Source: Candidatus Zixiibacteriota bacterium | GTDB lineage: Bacteria > Zixibacteria > MSB-5A5 > UM-FILTER-46-8 | Direction: 5' to 3' | DNA: 64,000 nucleotides | Assembly: GCA_014730175.1 (NCBI GenBank) | Contig: WJIR01000314.1 | Span: 92-64,091, forward strand | In this document: piece by piece, positions 18,482-27,342 of the stretch | Layout of the letters: the number at the start of each line of letters is the position of its first letter | How positions within the stretch are numbered: the first letter of the stretch is position 1 | Notes under the pieces: model-generated | Told to the model about the DNA's origin: nothing | The model's database searches: none | What the model saw: the letters and a program-made list of their open reading frames with translations, nothing else | Program-made: the position numbers and the translations under genes

Positions 18482-20317
18482 TCAGGATATACTTCTTAAG
18501 TTTCTGCGGACGTCGTCGATTATCAGCGATTCGGGGAATTTATTGATAATCCTCTGGTAGATTGCGGCGGCTTTCTCTTCTTTATTCAATTGATTCTTGT
18601 ACAAATCCGCGAGTTCAAAAAGCACTTGCGGTACATAATAGGAGTTTGGATGTTTTTCCTCGAACGATTCCATCAAACGCACCGCCTGATCATAATCTTT
18701 CCTTTCCACGTTTAAATCGATTGTTTTCAGATACGATGCTTCTTTGATGATATTGTTGGAGGTCTCCATGCTTATTTCACTGAATAGAGATTCCGCTTCA
18801 TCGAAATGTTCGATATTGCGCTTAAAATCAGCTTTTGCGAAATTCAGCAATCCGAGTGAATCAAAACTAACCTGCTCGATCAGGTCTAACAACAGCAGGC
18901 AATCATTTGCGAACTTACCGGAGGGATAATCGAAAATGTATCGCATGCCGATTAACGAAGCCCTGTCGAAATTACCCAGGTAAAATTCCATCTGCGTTAT
19001 CTTAAACATAAGCTCTTCTTCGGCTTCATCGAAATTCGCCGCATCGATTGTCGAATAGATTTGCAGCGCGCTATCTATGTTCTCTGTAAAAAACTGGATA
19101 TCTCCCAGACGAATTCTTGCATATACTTCATGCTTACTTCCGGGCGCCAGTTGTCTGACTTCCCCAAAATGCGATTCCGCATTGTCGAAGTGGTTTTCAT
19201 CAAAGGCATATTCTCCGAGCCGGATATGCGATTGTACTTTTATATGCCGCTCATCGCTTTCATCTATGATTGCCCTGTGAACGGCTTTAGCCTCGTCAAT
19301 GTCTCCCTTGCCCTCGTAAGCTTCTGCAATTATCTGTCTGCATCTCCAGTAATAAGGGGAATTATCCTCATAAGTACCGATGATATAATCCGCTCCTCGG
19401 ATAGCCAGTGCGTATTGTTGGTCCTCAATGCAGTCGGATAGAAAGGAAATTAGCTGCCTTCCCCTGTGCTCGGTAATCCTATCATACTCGATATATGATT
19501 CCAATGCTTTATCGTTTTCATCAGCCAATCTATAAGCATTGGCGAGAATAACGAATTTTACTTCGTTTTCAGGATACCTTTCAGCGGTCTTCTCCAGCGC
19601 CGTTAGAATATCTTTGCGATCTTCAGCGCTTTCAAAAATCGACTTGATTCGATTGTTAGCCATAGAAACTCTGGTTGGCTGTTTGATCGCCATCAGCAGG
19701 TGTTCAGAGGCGGCTTGATCGTATCTGCCGAGGATCTCGTAAATGTTAGCAAGTTCCATAGCGAAGCGGTCTTCCTGATCGGAAAACTCCCTTCCGGAAA
19801 GATAGACATCAATCGCCTCCTGCATTATCCCGTTACGCAAATACTCGCCTGCTACATCTCGATACTTTTCCTCGCTGTCAGGTAAAGTCTCCAGCGCGGC
19901 GTTCAGTATCTCCGATGCTTTCTGATCCTCCTCTTTCAAAAAAAGAGCCTTGGCTTGAATAAGATATCCCCTGGTGGAATCGGGAAAATCATTGATATAA
20001 CTCTTACTAAAGGTAAGTAGAGAATCATATTCCTTGAGGTTTTCCATCGCCTCAATCAAAAGATCGACTACTCGACTGTGATTTCCGTATTTTCTGGTTT
20101 CATAGAGCGGCAGCAGGAATTCGATGGCTTCCTCGTTTTTCCCCTGCTGGATTAATCTACGGGCATGCCCGGTTTTACCGTCATCGAAAACCGGCGGACC
20201 CCAGTCGAATTGCATCTGTGCATTTGAATTCGCCCCGATACCGAGGTACACAATGCAAATTGCAAAAAGGATTAGATATTTGGATATTGAATAACTCATT
20301 TGATTTGCCGCCGCCAT
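18482..20317 (-). CDS. periplasmic TPR-repeat protein
   Basis: Signal peptide followed by a repetitive TPR-like helical architecture throughout. Confidence 0.65.
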   Translation of the reverse strand: MAAANQMSYSISKYLILFAICIVYLGIGANSNAQMQFDWGPPVFDDGKTGHARRLIQQGKNEEAIEFLLPLYETRKYGNHSRVVDLLIEAMENLKEYDSLLTFSKSYINDFPDSTRGYLIQAKALFLKEEDQKASEILNAALETLPDSEEKYRDVAGEYLRNGIMQEAIDVYLSGREFSDQEDRFAMELANIYEILGRYDQAASEHLLMAIKQPTRVSMANNRIKSIFESAEDRKDILTALEKTAERYPENEVKFVILANAYRLADENDKALESYIEYDRITEHRGRQLISFLSDCIEDQQYALAIRGADYIIGTYEDNSPYYWRCRQIIAEAYEGKGDIDEAKAVHRAIIDESDERHIKVQSHIRLGEYAFDENHFDNAESHFGEVRQLAPGSKHEVYARIRLGDIQFFTENIDSALQIYSTIDAANFDEAEEELMFKITQMEFYLGNFDRASLIGMRYIFDYPSGKFANDCLLLLDLIEQVSFDSLGLLNFAKADFKRNIEHFDEAESLFSEISMETSNNIIKEASYLKTIDLNVERKDYDQAVRLMESFEEKHPNSYYVPQVLFELADLYKNQLNKEEKAAAIYQRIINKFPESLIIDDVRRNLRSIS

Positions 20318-20325
20318 TAATTTAC

Positions 20326-23300
20326 CTATTGGATCGAACGTTGCTGTGTTAACTTGTCGGATAATGAGTTGATATATGCTTTTATCATCTGCCGGTACTC
20401 CAGCGGATAATCCTCATTTAATGCTTCCTGCAGCCTCTTTAGATTCCCATGAATATCCGATTCGGTGCTCGCCAAACCATCGGGACCGAGACGCATGATA
20501 TCATCCCCGGCTTCCGCCTTTCTTTCTTCTTTGTATCCTTGTGTCTGTAACGATTTCTGGGCATCGAGCAGACGGGTAAGAATTCTCTCCTGGCGCATGA
20601 GGGTGTTGCGATTTACCATTCCCCTTTCAAAATCGTCAACAACTTCTCTCATTTCCTCGCCCATATCGTCGAGTCTGCCAAGTCTGCCTTCGGAACCTTC
20701 TTCGCTTTCCTGTAGCAGTTGTCTCAGACCTTCTTTGATTGCCTCCTGTTCGGCAGCCATTCTCGCCATAGCATCGCTTTGCGATGATGAGCGGCGCAAT
20801 TGCTGGGCGAGTTCAGAAGTTTTGGCATTCAGGGAACGTTGCTGTCCGGCAAGCGCCGAAAGTTGCCCCTGACTCGATGGCGACTGATTGTTTGGACGCT
20901 GGCAAGCTCCGCCGCTGCACATACCTCCCTGATTCGCCTGCTTTAATAGCTGAAGAAGTCTGAAACCAACTCTGTTAAGATACTTCAACGCATCTTCCTG
21001 TGACACCGATGCCGCCTTGTTTTTTGTCTCCAGTTTGCGTGATGCATCCTGCATTTTTCCCGCAGCTATCGCCAGCTCATTCGACATCGCTGGACCGATT
21101 CTCGGTTCCATCTTATATAAACTGTCGAGATCCACTCTAATTTTCAGTGCCTTCTGGCTAAGGTTATGTTGAGGGGGAGCGATTTCTCTGATTGTGCTAT
21201 CCCGAGGCGACAGAAGAGCTAAATCGTCAAAAAGGGTCTCCTGATTTTGTGATACATACAATACATCGTTGAACGCCTTGCGCGCGATTCTCACCATCTC
21301 CTGATTCTGACCGGATTGCATCTGCTGCCACATCGATTCCATACTGGATGCCAGCTGACTGAGTTTCTGGCTGGCGCTCTGGCAGCTCCCGGAACATGCA
21401 TTTTTGTTTCCCTGCTTCATCTGCTCAGAAGCCTGCTGCATATCCTCGCGCAAACCGGAACTATCCGCCTGCTGTTTCAACTGAGCTAAATCCTCCTCGG
21501 GCATAACCGGTGTTTCCTCATTGAAATCCTGCATCTTATCCAGCCCTTCGTTGAACGATTCCAAATCCTCGGATACGTTATCCTGCTGCTCCGCAAGACG
21601 CTCCATTTCCGACTGGCTTTCTGTGTCTTCCAGGCTCTTCTCGATGTTTTCCTGCTCATCCTTCATTTTATTCGCAAGCTGCCTTAGCTGGTCAAACTTC
21701 TGTTCCGCTCTCAAACGCTTGAGCATATCCAGTGTCTTTTCCAGCTTCTCCAGATACTCCTCTTGTGAAAACTCCAGATTTTCCAACGCTTCTTTTAGCT
21801 GATTTTGATCCAGTTTCTCCATCGCTTCCTGCAATTTTCTTAACGCTTCCATCAACTCCGGCGAGTTTATCTCCTCGAGCAGCTCAGAAATCCTCTGCGA
21901 TTTTTCCAGTATCTCCATCGAGTTCAGCTTGTTTTGCTCAGCTGACTCCTGATTCTTCTGAATGCTTTCCTTTATGTCATCAAGAGCCTGGTTTATCGCA
22001 TTTTGCTTGTCGATAGCTTCTTGTACACGCTTGTTTTTCTCCCAATCAGACTCTTTGAGGCGCATCATCTCCCGACGGATTTCTTCTACTTCGCGGTTCA
22101 GCTTGTCCTGATTGGCAACCGCCTTCTCGATGTCCGTTATATTTTCTTCCCTTCGGGTGTCATAGCCGGTTAGGATCTCATCGACGGATGGAAATCTTAT
22201 GCTATAACGTCGGCTCTCCGCTTTTTTGTATCCTGAATAACGATCATTATCGGTGATCGTGACATAGTATGTAGCTTCATCGCCCGGTATTAATCCTAAT
22301 CCGGTTATATCCCACCGGTGGTTCACAGCTATATCCTGCTCATTTTTCATGCTAAGTGGTATTTCTGCGGTACGCACCGGCTGTTCTATTCCTGATGATT
22401 TAACCTGATATGTGAGGTTCAGTTTGTTAAATCCAAAATCGTCCCTCGCTGAAATCAGCAATGGCAACTCTTTGACATCTCCAATAACAATATCCTCACC
22501 CGGTTGAATTATCTCTACTTCGGGATTTGCATCCGGCAATGCATAGATATTGTAAGTAATCGGATCGGGATTGGTTAGACCATCCGCATCCGCAATCTCA
22601 ATATGATAATTATCATCGGACTTTATCCGAAAGTCAACCGCAGCGGTATTGTCCTTGATTTCCAGTGGCATCTCTCCAGCGCTCTCGAATACAAGCTTCC
22701 CCGTTTCAAGCAATTTATTCGATTCGATTGTCAGTGTAACATTCGTGCCCGGAAGAGCGGTGATATTACCATCGTTTTCATCAATGATAGAAGGAGGTAA
22801 TCCGGTGTAGTTAGGATAAACCAGCTTTTGCTTTAAGTCGATAATCCTCGGTTTATTCACCACCGAAACGGTGTAACGTGGACTCCGGATGTCGGAACTT
22901 ACCAGATAGTAATCAAAGGATTGATTCACCTTCTTCATCTGTATCGAAAAAGCTGCTCCCGCCAGAGCTGAATCCGAAAGCCCTTCGCTTTCAACCGACT
23001 TCATAGGCATGGAATGAAGATTCTCATCATCGGCATAAGCCCAAAGGAATTTAACCTCTTCCGGTTTGACCTTTCCGTTAGTGATTTCCTTATTAGCTAT
23101 AAACGAAGCCCCGATCGTGATATCATCGCCCTTAAGTATCTCCGTATTACCGGGTATTGCAGCTATACTGAATGGATCAGGCTTATCGAATTTAACCGAA
23201 GGATTGGAGAAATCCTTTAATGCATATAGAAAACCAGACGGATAAATAACAGCTATTATCAGTACCGCTACTATCAAACCTGATGCCCACTTAACTCGGG

Positions 23301-23760
23301 TCAGCAGCTCCCTCTTATCAAGACACCTGTTGAAATTAACCCCAGCGCAGCGTTCCGAAGCATAATCGGTGGCTGCCCGGATAAACTCCAGAGAATACCC
23401 TTCAGGATTATCATCCAGATTCCTCTTCAATTCCACCGAAGCCGAAAGCGTGTCCTTTAACTCCGGATGGTATATTTCCACCCGGCGCGCAAGAAATGAA
23501 TAATTAGTTCTCTTGACCAGCGGATAAATAACCCATATTCCCAGCGATAAAGCGATCACCGTTACCACTGAAATGATGTATATAGATTTCTGAGCTGGTG
23601 TTAGCTCAAATGCTCCCGATAGGAAAACCGCTACCGCGGCTATAAGGGCAATTACGCCCAATATCAGGGCGAAACCTCCGATGGAACGCAGGAAGCGGTT
23701 TAGGCGATCCATCATACTGAATTTTCTGTAAATGTTAGAGTTGCTATTCTTCATATTCAT
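20326..23760 (-). CDS. large (1144 aa) membrane-anchored protein with Ig-like beta domains and a long Gln/Glu-rich coiled coil (DUF4175-like architecture)
   Basis: Two N-terminal TM helices, a ~400 aa beta-rich region, a ~350 aa Q/E/K-rich heptad-like segment (…NQALDDIKESIQKNQESAEQNKL…) and Cys-rich patches (CSGSCQSAS; GGMCSGGACQRP). The DUF4175 label is a guess from the architecture, not a demonstrated match. Confidence 0.5.
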   Translation of the reverse strand: MNMKNSNSNIYRKFSMMDRLNRFLRSIGGFALILGVIALIAAVAVFLSGAFELTPAQKSIYIISVVTVIALSLGIWVIYPLVKRTNYSFLARRVEIYHPELKDTLSASVELKRNLDDNPEGYSLEFIRAATDYASERCAGVNFNRCLDKRELLTRVKWASGLIVAVLIIAVIYPSGFLYALKDFSNPSVKFDKPDPFSIAAIPGNTEILKGDDITIGASFIANKEITNGKVKPEEVKFLWAYADDENLHSMPMKSVESEGLSDSALAGAAFSIQMKKVNQSFDYYLVSSDIRSPRYTVSVVNKPRIIDLKQKLVYPNYTGLPPSIIDENDGNITALPGTNVTLTIESNKLLETGKLVFESAGEMPLEIKDNTAAVDFRIKSDDNYHIEIADADGLTNPDPITYNIYALPDANPEVEIIQPGEDIVIGDVKELPLLISARDDFGFNKLNLTYQVKSSGIEQPVRTAEIPLSMKNEQDIAVNHRWDITGLGLIPGDEATYYVTITDNDRYSGYKKAESRRYSIRFPSVDEILTGYDTRREENITDIEKAVANQDKLNREVEEIRREMMRLKESDWEKNKRVQEAIDKQNAINQALDDIKESIQKNQESAEQNKLNSMEILEKSQRISELLEEINSPELMEALRKLQEAMEKLDQNQLKEALENLEFSQEEYLEKLEKTLDMLKRLRAEQKFDQLRQLANKMKDEQENIEKSLEDTESQSEMERLAEQQDNVSEDLESFNEGLDKMQDFNEETPVMPEEDLAQLKQQADSSGLREDMQQASEQMKQGNKNACSGSCQSASQKLSQLASSMESMWQQMQSGQNQEMVRIARKAFNDVLYVSQNQETLFDDLALLSPRDSTIREIAPPQHNLSQKALKIRVDLDSLYKMEPRIGPAMSNELAIAAGKMQDASRKLETKNKAASVSQEDALKYLNRVGFRLLQLLKQANQGGMCSGGACQRPNNQSPSSQGQLSALAGQQRSLNAKTSELAQQLRRSSSQSDAMARMAAEQEAIKEGLRQLLQESEEGSEGRLGRLDDMGEEMREVVDDFERGMVNRNTLMRQERILTRLLDAQKSLQTQGYKEERKAEAGDDIMRLGPDGLASTESDIHGNLKRLQEALNEDYPLEYRQMIKAYINSLSDKLTQQRSIQ

Positions 23761-24469
23761 AATCTGTCTGTGTCAAAGTATAAATGATTAAATTGGTTCC
23801 CATTTTTAACGCTGCTTCGCGCTTCTCAGGGGGATCGTGGTGGACTTCATAGTCTTCCCAGCCATCGCCGATATCGGATTCATAAGCATAAAAAGCCACC
23901 AGCCTGCCATCCAAAAACATTCCGAATCCCTGAGCCGGTTTTTCGTCATGTTTATGAATTTTGGGTACTCCATTGGGAAAATCATAGTAACAGTGATAAA
24001 TCTCGTGATTGAAAGGCAATTCCACGAGTTCCGATTCCGGCAATATTCGTTTTAACTCCCTTCTCAAGGAAGCATCCAGTCCGTATGAATCATTGGCGAA
24101 CAAAAAACCACCGGCTCGGAAATATCTTCTCAATGCATCGATTTGCTCATCGGTAAATTTGATATTACCGTGCCCGGTTAGAAAAACGAAAGGATAATTG
24201 AAAAGTCGATCATCTTCCGGCGGGATTTTCACATCGCGATCGGAAACCTCAACATTAGTATTCTCCCGCAGGAATTGGTGCATATTGGGTATAGCTGATC
24301 TCCCCCAATACCAATCACCTCCACCTCCGTACTTCAGACGCGCGATTGTAAAACTGTCCCCGGTTACCTGACCCAAAGAGGTCGATTCGACCGGAAGGAA
24401 AACACCGATGAGAATTATTAGTATTGTAGTATATCTATACACCTTTTCCATCTTTCGGTTTATACGCAT
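23744..24469 (-). CDS. DUF4159-like protein with an N-terminal signal/anchor
   Basis: 241 aa with a hydrophobic N-terminus and the motifs LKYGGGGDWYW and FVFLTGHG that I associate with DUF4159 (ThuA/class-I glutamine amidotransferase-like fold). It overlaps the downstream 1144-aa gene by 17 nt. The family call is from memory only. Confidence 0.35.
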   Translation of the reverse strand: MRINRKMEKVYRYTTILIILIGVFLPVESTSLGQVTGDSFTIARLKYGGGGDWYWGRSAIPNMHQFLRENTNVEVSDRDVKIPPEDDRLFNYPFVFLTGHGNIKFTDEQIDALRRYFRAGGFLFANDSYGLDASLRRELKRILPESELVELPFNHEIYHCYYDFPNGVPKIHKHDEKPAQGFGMFLDGRLVAFYAYESDIGDGWEDYEVHHDPPEKREAALKMGTNLIIYTLTQTDYEYEE

Positions 24470-24543
24470 CAGTCTTTATATTGATCATTCTTTATTAACG
24501 TTTTTTGTCTGACATTGTTCGTTTTTATAAGAGAAAGTTCTTG

Positions 24544-24572
24544 TTGTTAATTGACCGGGTTTATTCTATAAT
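24544..24572 (+). promoter_or_regulatory. sigma-70-like promoter (TTGTTA-N17-TATAAT) in the divergent region upstream of the Mop gene
   Basis: Perfect -10 hexamer at 24567-24572 and a -35-like TTGTTA at 24544-24549; it would give a ~165 nt leader before the Mop start at 24739. Confidence 0.35.
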
Positions 24573-24738
24573 ATTCCCAATTCGTGGCAATGGAAAAATT
24601 AATATTACATAAATTAAATCCCTGACAAAACTGAATAGCCTGAAGGAGCGATTAAAAGCGCATCCTGAATGAAATCGGCACCAGAAGGATCACCTTACCT
24701 ATTCATTATAAACTACACACTTATTCAGAGGAGAAATC

Positions 24739-24948
24739 ATGAAATACGGCGCAAGAAATCAATTAAGAGGAAAGATTTCCAGGATCAAAAAAGGAGATAT
24801 CATGTGCCAGGTTACTCTTGATATCCCTGCCGATTCGGTTATGAATTCGGTAATGACCGTGGAATCTTTGGAAGATCTGGGAATAAAAGAGGGCGATAAC
24901 GTTAAGATTGTCGTGAAAGCTATAAATGTGTTGTTGGTAAGGGAATAG
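24739..24948 (+). CDS. molybdate-binding Mop / TOBE-domain protein (molbindin)
   Basis: 69 aa with the TOBE pattern NxLxGKISxIKKGD…VTLDI…VKIVVKAINVLL. Confidence 0.7.
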   Translation: MKYGARNQLRGKISRIKKGDIMCQVTLDIPADSVMNSVMTVESLEDLGIKEGDNVKIVVKAINVLLVRE

Positions 24949-24979
24949 TCATTTAGGAAAGAGACTTCGACACACAAAC

Positions 24980-25495
24980 ATGAAATCATTATTAAGTCCT
25001 GATGATGGATTCTCTCCGCGGATCAGGAAGTATTTTTCATTGATGGAAGACGTTCGGCGAAGAACCATCGAATATGTGCAGTCACTTAACGCAGAACAAC
25101 TTTCATGGTACCCAAACACCAAAATTGAATCTATAGGCACCCTGCTACTGCATATCGCGGCTGTGGAAATTTCATATATTCAGGAGGATATAATGAAGCG
25201 TCCGATGGGAGAAGAATGGAAAATAGCTTTTCCCATTCGATTCAATATTCCTCAAATTACGGGTAAGGAACTGAGTTATTTCACAGACAAACTCGATGGA
25301 ATCCGAGCGGAAAGCAGAAGGATTCTGTGGGGATATAGCGATAGCGACCTTGATATGACAATCACACCCTTGGAACCTGCGCCGGGGAATGAAGATGTAA
25401 GTTATTCCCTTGAATGGATCTTATATCACTTGATCGAGCATGAAGCTCATCATCGGGGACAGATTGCGCTGATGAAACGGCTGCTCCCGTATTGA
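24980..25495 (+). CDS. DinB/YfiT-like (DinB_2) family protein
   Basis: Has the C-terminal HLIEHEAHHRGQIALMKRL motif; it is a paralog of the gene at 15208..15678. Confidence 0.6.
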   Translation: MKSLLSPDDGFSPRIRKYFSLMEDVRRRTIEYVQSLNAEQLSWYPNTKIESIGTLLLHIAAVEISYIQEDIMKRPMGEEWKIAFPIRFNIPQITGKELSYFTDKLDGIRAESRRILWGYSDSDLDMTITPLEPAPGNEDVSYSLEWILYHLIEHEAHHRGQIALMKRLLPY

Positions 25496-25507
25496 CCTAT
25501 AGAAAAA

Positions 25508-25581
25508 AGCCACCGAGGGGAGTCGCACCCCTGACCTGCTGATTACGAATCAGCTGCTCTGGCCATCTGAGCTACGGTGGC
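25508..25581 (-). tRNA. tRNA-Thr (anticodon CGT)
   Basis: Reverse complement GCCACCG-TA-GCTC-AGATGGCCA-GAGC-A-GCTGA-TTCGTAA-TCAGC-AGGTC-AGGGG-TGCGACT-CCCCT-CGGTGGC-T folds as a cloverleaf with anticodon CGT. The T-loop reads TGCGACT, i.e. G at position 55 where U is nearly universal. Confidence 0.75.
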
Positions 25582-25675
25582 GGTTAAGTTCGATTCAAAT
25601 TCCCCAAAATATTATTTCGGCTAATTTGTGGCAACAAATTTATTCCTCATTAATAAAAATGTCATTCATATATAT

Positions 25676-25704
25676 TTGACATCTTCAGATTGCTAATATA
25701 TTAT
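25676..25704 (+). promoter_or_regulatory. near-consensus sigma-70 promoter for tRNA-Leu
   Basis: TTGACA, a 17 nt spacer, then TATTAT, ending 17 nt upstream of the mature tRNA-Leu 5' end. Confidence 0.45.
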
Positions 25705-25721
25705 ATTGCCTTCGTATTACA

Positions 25722-25803
25722 GCGAGAGTGGCGGAATTGGCAGACGCGCCGGACTTAGGATCCGGTCCTTCACGGGGTGGGGGTTCGAGTCCCCCCTTTC
25801 GCA
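25722..25803 (+). tRNA. tRNA-Leu (anticodon TAG), class II with a long variable arm
   Basis: Acceptor stem GCGAGAG/CTTTCGC (one G·U pair), anticodon arm CCGGA-CTTAGGA-TCCGG, a long variable arm, T-arm GGGGG-TTCGAGT-CCCCC and discriminator A. Confidence 0.85.
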
Positions 25804-25934
25804 TTTCATCTAACCTTTCGATAGCCATTCTAACAAACATCCGCGAGTTCAATTCGGTGCTTTTCTGATTATTTGGACCGGGGTAGCCGAATATCGATTG
25901 CGGTAGTTTTCGCACCACTACTGAAAAGGGACAG

Positions 25935-27257
25935 CTACTTCACCAGCAACATCCGTTTGGTCTCGAAATAACCGGGGGTCATTAGCCGGTATAGATATTC
26001 ACCGCTTGCCAGCCCATTAGCTCTAAAGTTCAAAGTATACGAACCGGCATCGAGAATTCCATCATAGACTTTACATACCTCTTTGCCGAGGATATTATAC
26101 AGCCTTATACTGACGGGAGAGCGCCTGGGAACATTAAGTCCTATGGTGGTTGATTCATTGAATGGATTGGGATAATTTTGTCGTAAGCTAAATCCTGTCG
26201 AAATCGAAGCATCCGCCGATGGATTAGAACGACTCCAGATCGAACCGCCCTCCGGTCTCTCATTCAATTCTATAATCTCAACTTGATCCAAATCCGAGGT
26301 GCCCAATCCACGCTCTTCCGCTCGCTGTAGCGTCGGTTCGGCCATTGACGCCGAGAAAGTGGGATCATGTTTTTCGAGTAGATTGGCGCAATATGCGTCA
26401 GTTGCCACAATATCCCCGCAGATTATAATTCTGTCCGTATTGACCAGTACAGTCTCTTCATGAATCACAGGCCCAAATATCGTCATCAGGACTCTGGCGT
26501 CAACTATATTCAACTCGGGTCTGATCAATCCCGCTATTTCCGCCACCTCCTCCCTTAGAAACTGGCTGTGGTTGGCATGTATAAATAGCCGGGTGCCGGT
26601 TCTATTTGAGCCGGTGACTGCTCCGACATGGTTTTTGATAGCACAAGTCAAGTCAGCCTGGAAATGCTTTTTTAGATTGCAGAGGTTTATGATTATTGGC
26701 GCATCATAAACCTCCGAATATACCTCGAAATCTGGTCTTTCCTGATCCCAGGAAGGATGTCTTACATTGTAGGGATTCGAAAAAGCTATCAACTCCCCGC
26801 CTGCTTGCGGAACGATCTCATCCAAATTGAGGAAGGGGTAAACGATTTGCGGCGGTCTCCATCCCTGGTCGCCAACATATACTGTACCGTTAGTTGTGCT
26901 TACTACCGACATTATCAATTCGGTGAGAAAATCGGGATCGGTCGATGCCGGGTAGTACTGATCAGTCAGAAAATTAGGTTTTATTAGAACATCCTGATCC
27001 GAGTTAATCAGCCGACCCAATCCACCTATCGCGGTTAAGCCGGTAGCGAGCATATTATTGATGTCAGTGCCTTTGACGCATACCAATACAGGTTTACCCT
27101 CAGGTGTCACAAAGGGATTGGGCAAGCCGACTCTGGGATAAAGGGAAGGATTCAACTTACTTAGAGCTCCAACCGGATTCGCTAAAGTGAAAGCCGAAGC
27201 CATCCCGCCGGATAGCGACTTTATAAATGTTCGTCTGGATTGCGATGAATCATTCAA
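25935..27257 (-). CDS. DUF362-domain protein with an N-terminal twin-arginine (Tat) signal and a T9SS C-terminal sorting domain
   Basis: N-terminus MNDSSQSRRTFIKSLSGGMASAFTLA (SRRxFIK Tat motif); DUF362-like core (…LIKPNF…, …AIKNHVGAV…R…H); the C-terminus LRQNYPNPFNESTTIGL…GEYLYRLMTPGYFETKRMLLVK is a type-A T9SS sorting domain. Confidence 0.6.
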   Translation of the reverse strand: MNDSSQSRRTFIKSLSGGMASAFTLANPVGALSKLNPSLYPRVGLPNPFVTPEGKPVLVCVKGTDINNMLATGLTAIGGLGRLINSDQDVLIKPNFLTDQYYPASTDPDFLTELIMSVVSTTNGTVYVGDQGWRPPQIVYPFLNLDEIVPQAGGELIAFSNPYNVRHPSWDQERPDFEVYSEVYDAPIIINLCNLKKHFQADLTCAIKNHVGAVTGSNRTGTRLFIHANHSQFLREEVAEIAGLIRPELNIVDARVLMTIFGPVIHEETVLVNTDRIIICGDIVATDAYCANLLEKHDPTFSASMAEPTLQRAEERGLGTSDLDQVEIIELNERPEGGSIWSRSNPSADASISTGFSLRQNYPNPFNESTTIGLNVPRRSPVSIRLYNILGKEVCKVYDGILDAGSYTLNFRANGLASGEYLYRLMTPGYFETKRMLLVK

Positions 27258-27342
27258 GTTTGCACCTGCATTATTCTAATTACCGTACACATAGGAACCC
27301 ATTATACAGTTTGAATGTTAATTAGGTCCCGGAGACCAACAT

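Noticed and set aside
20465-22016. Plus-strand ORFs (135, 93 and 94 aa) inside the 1144-aa minus-strand gene.
   Set aside because: They are antisense to the Q/E/K-rich coiled-coil coding region, so their S/L/P-rich products are the expected mirror-image artefact. They have no RBS and are fully embedded in a longer, better-supported gene.
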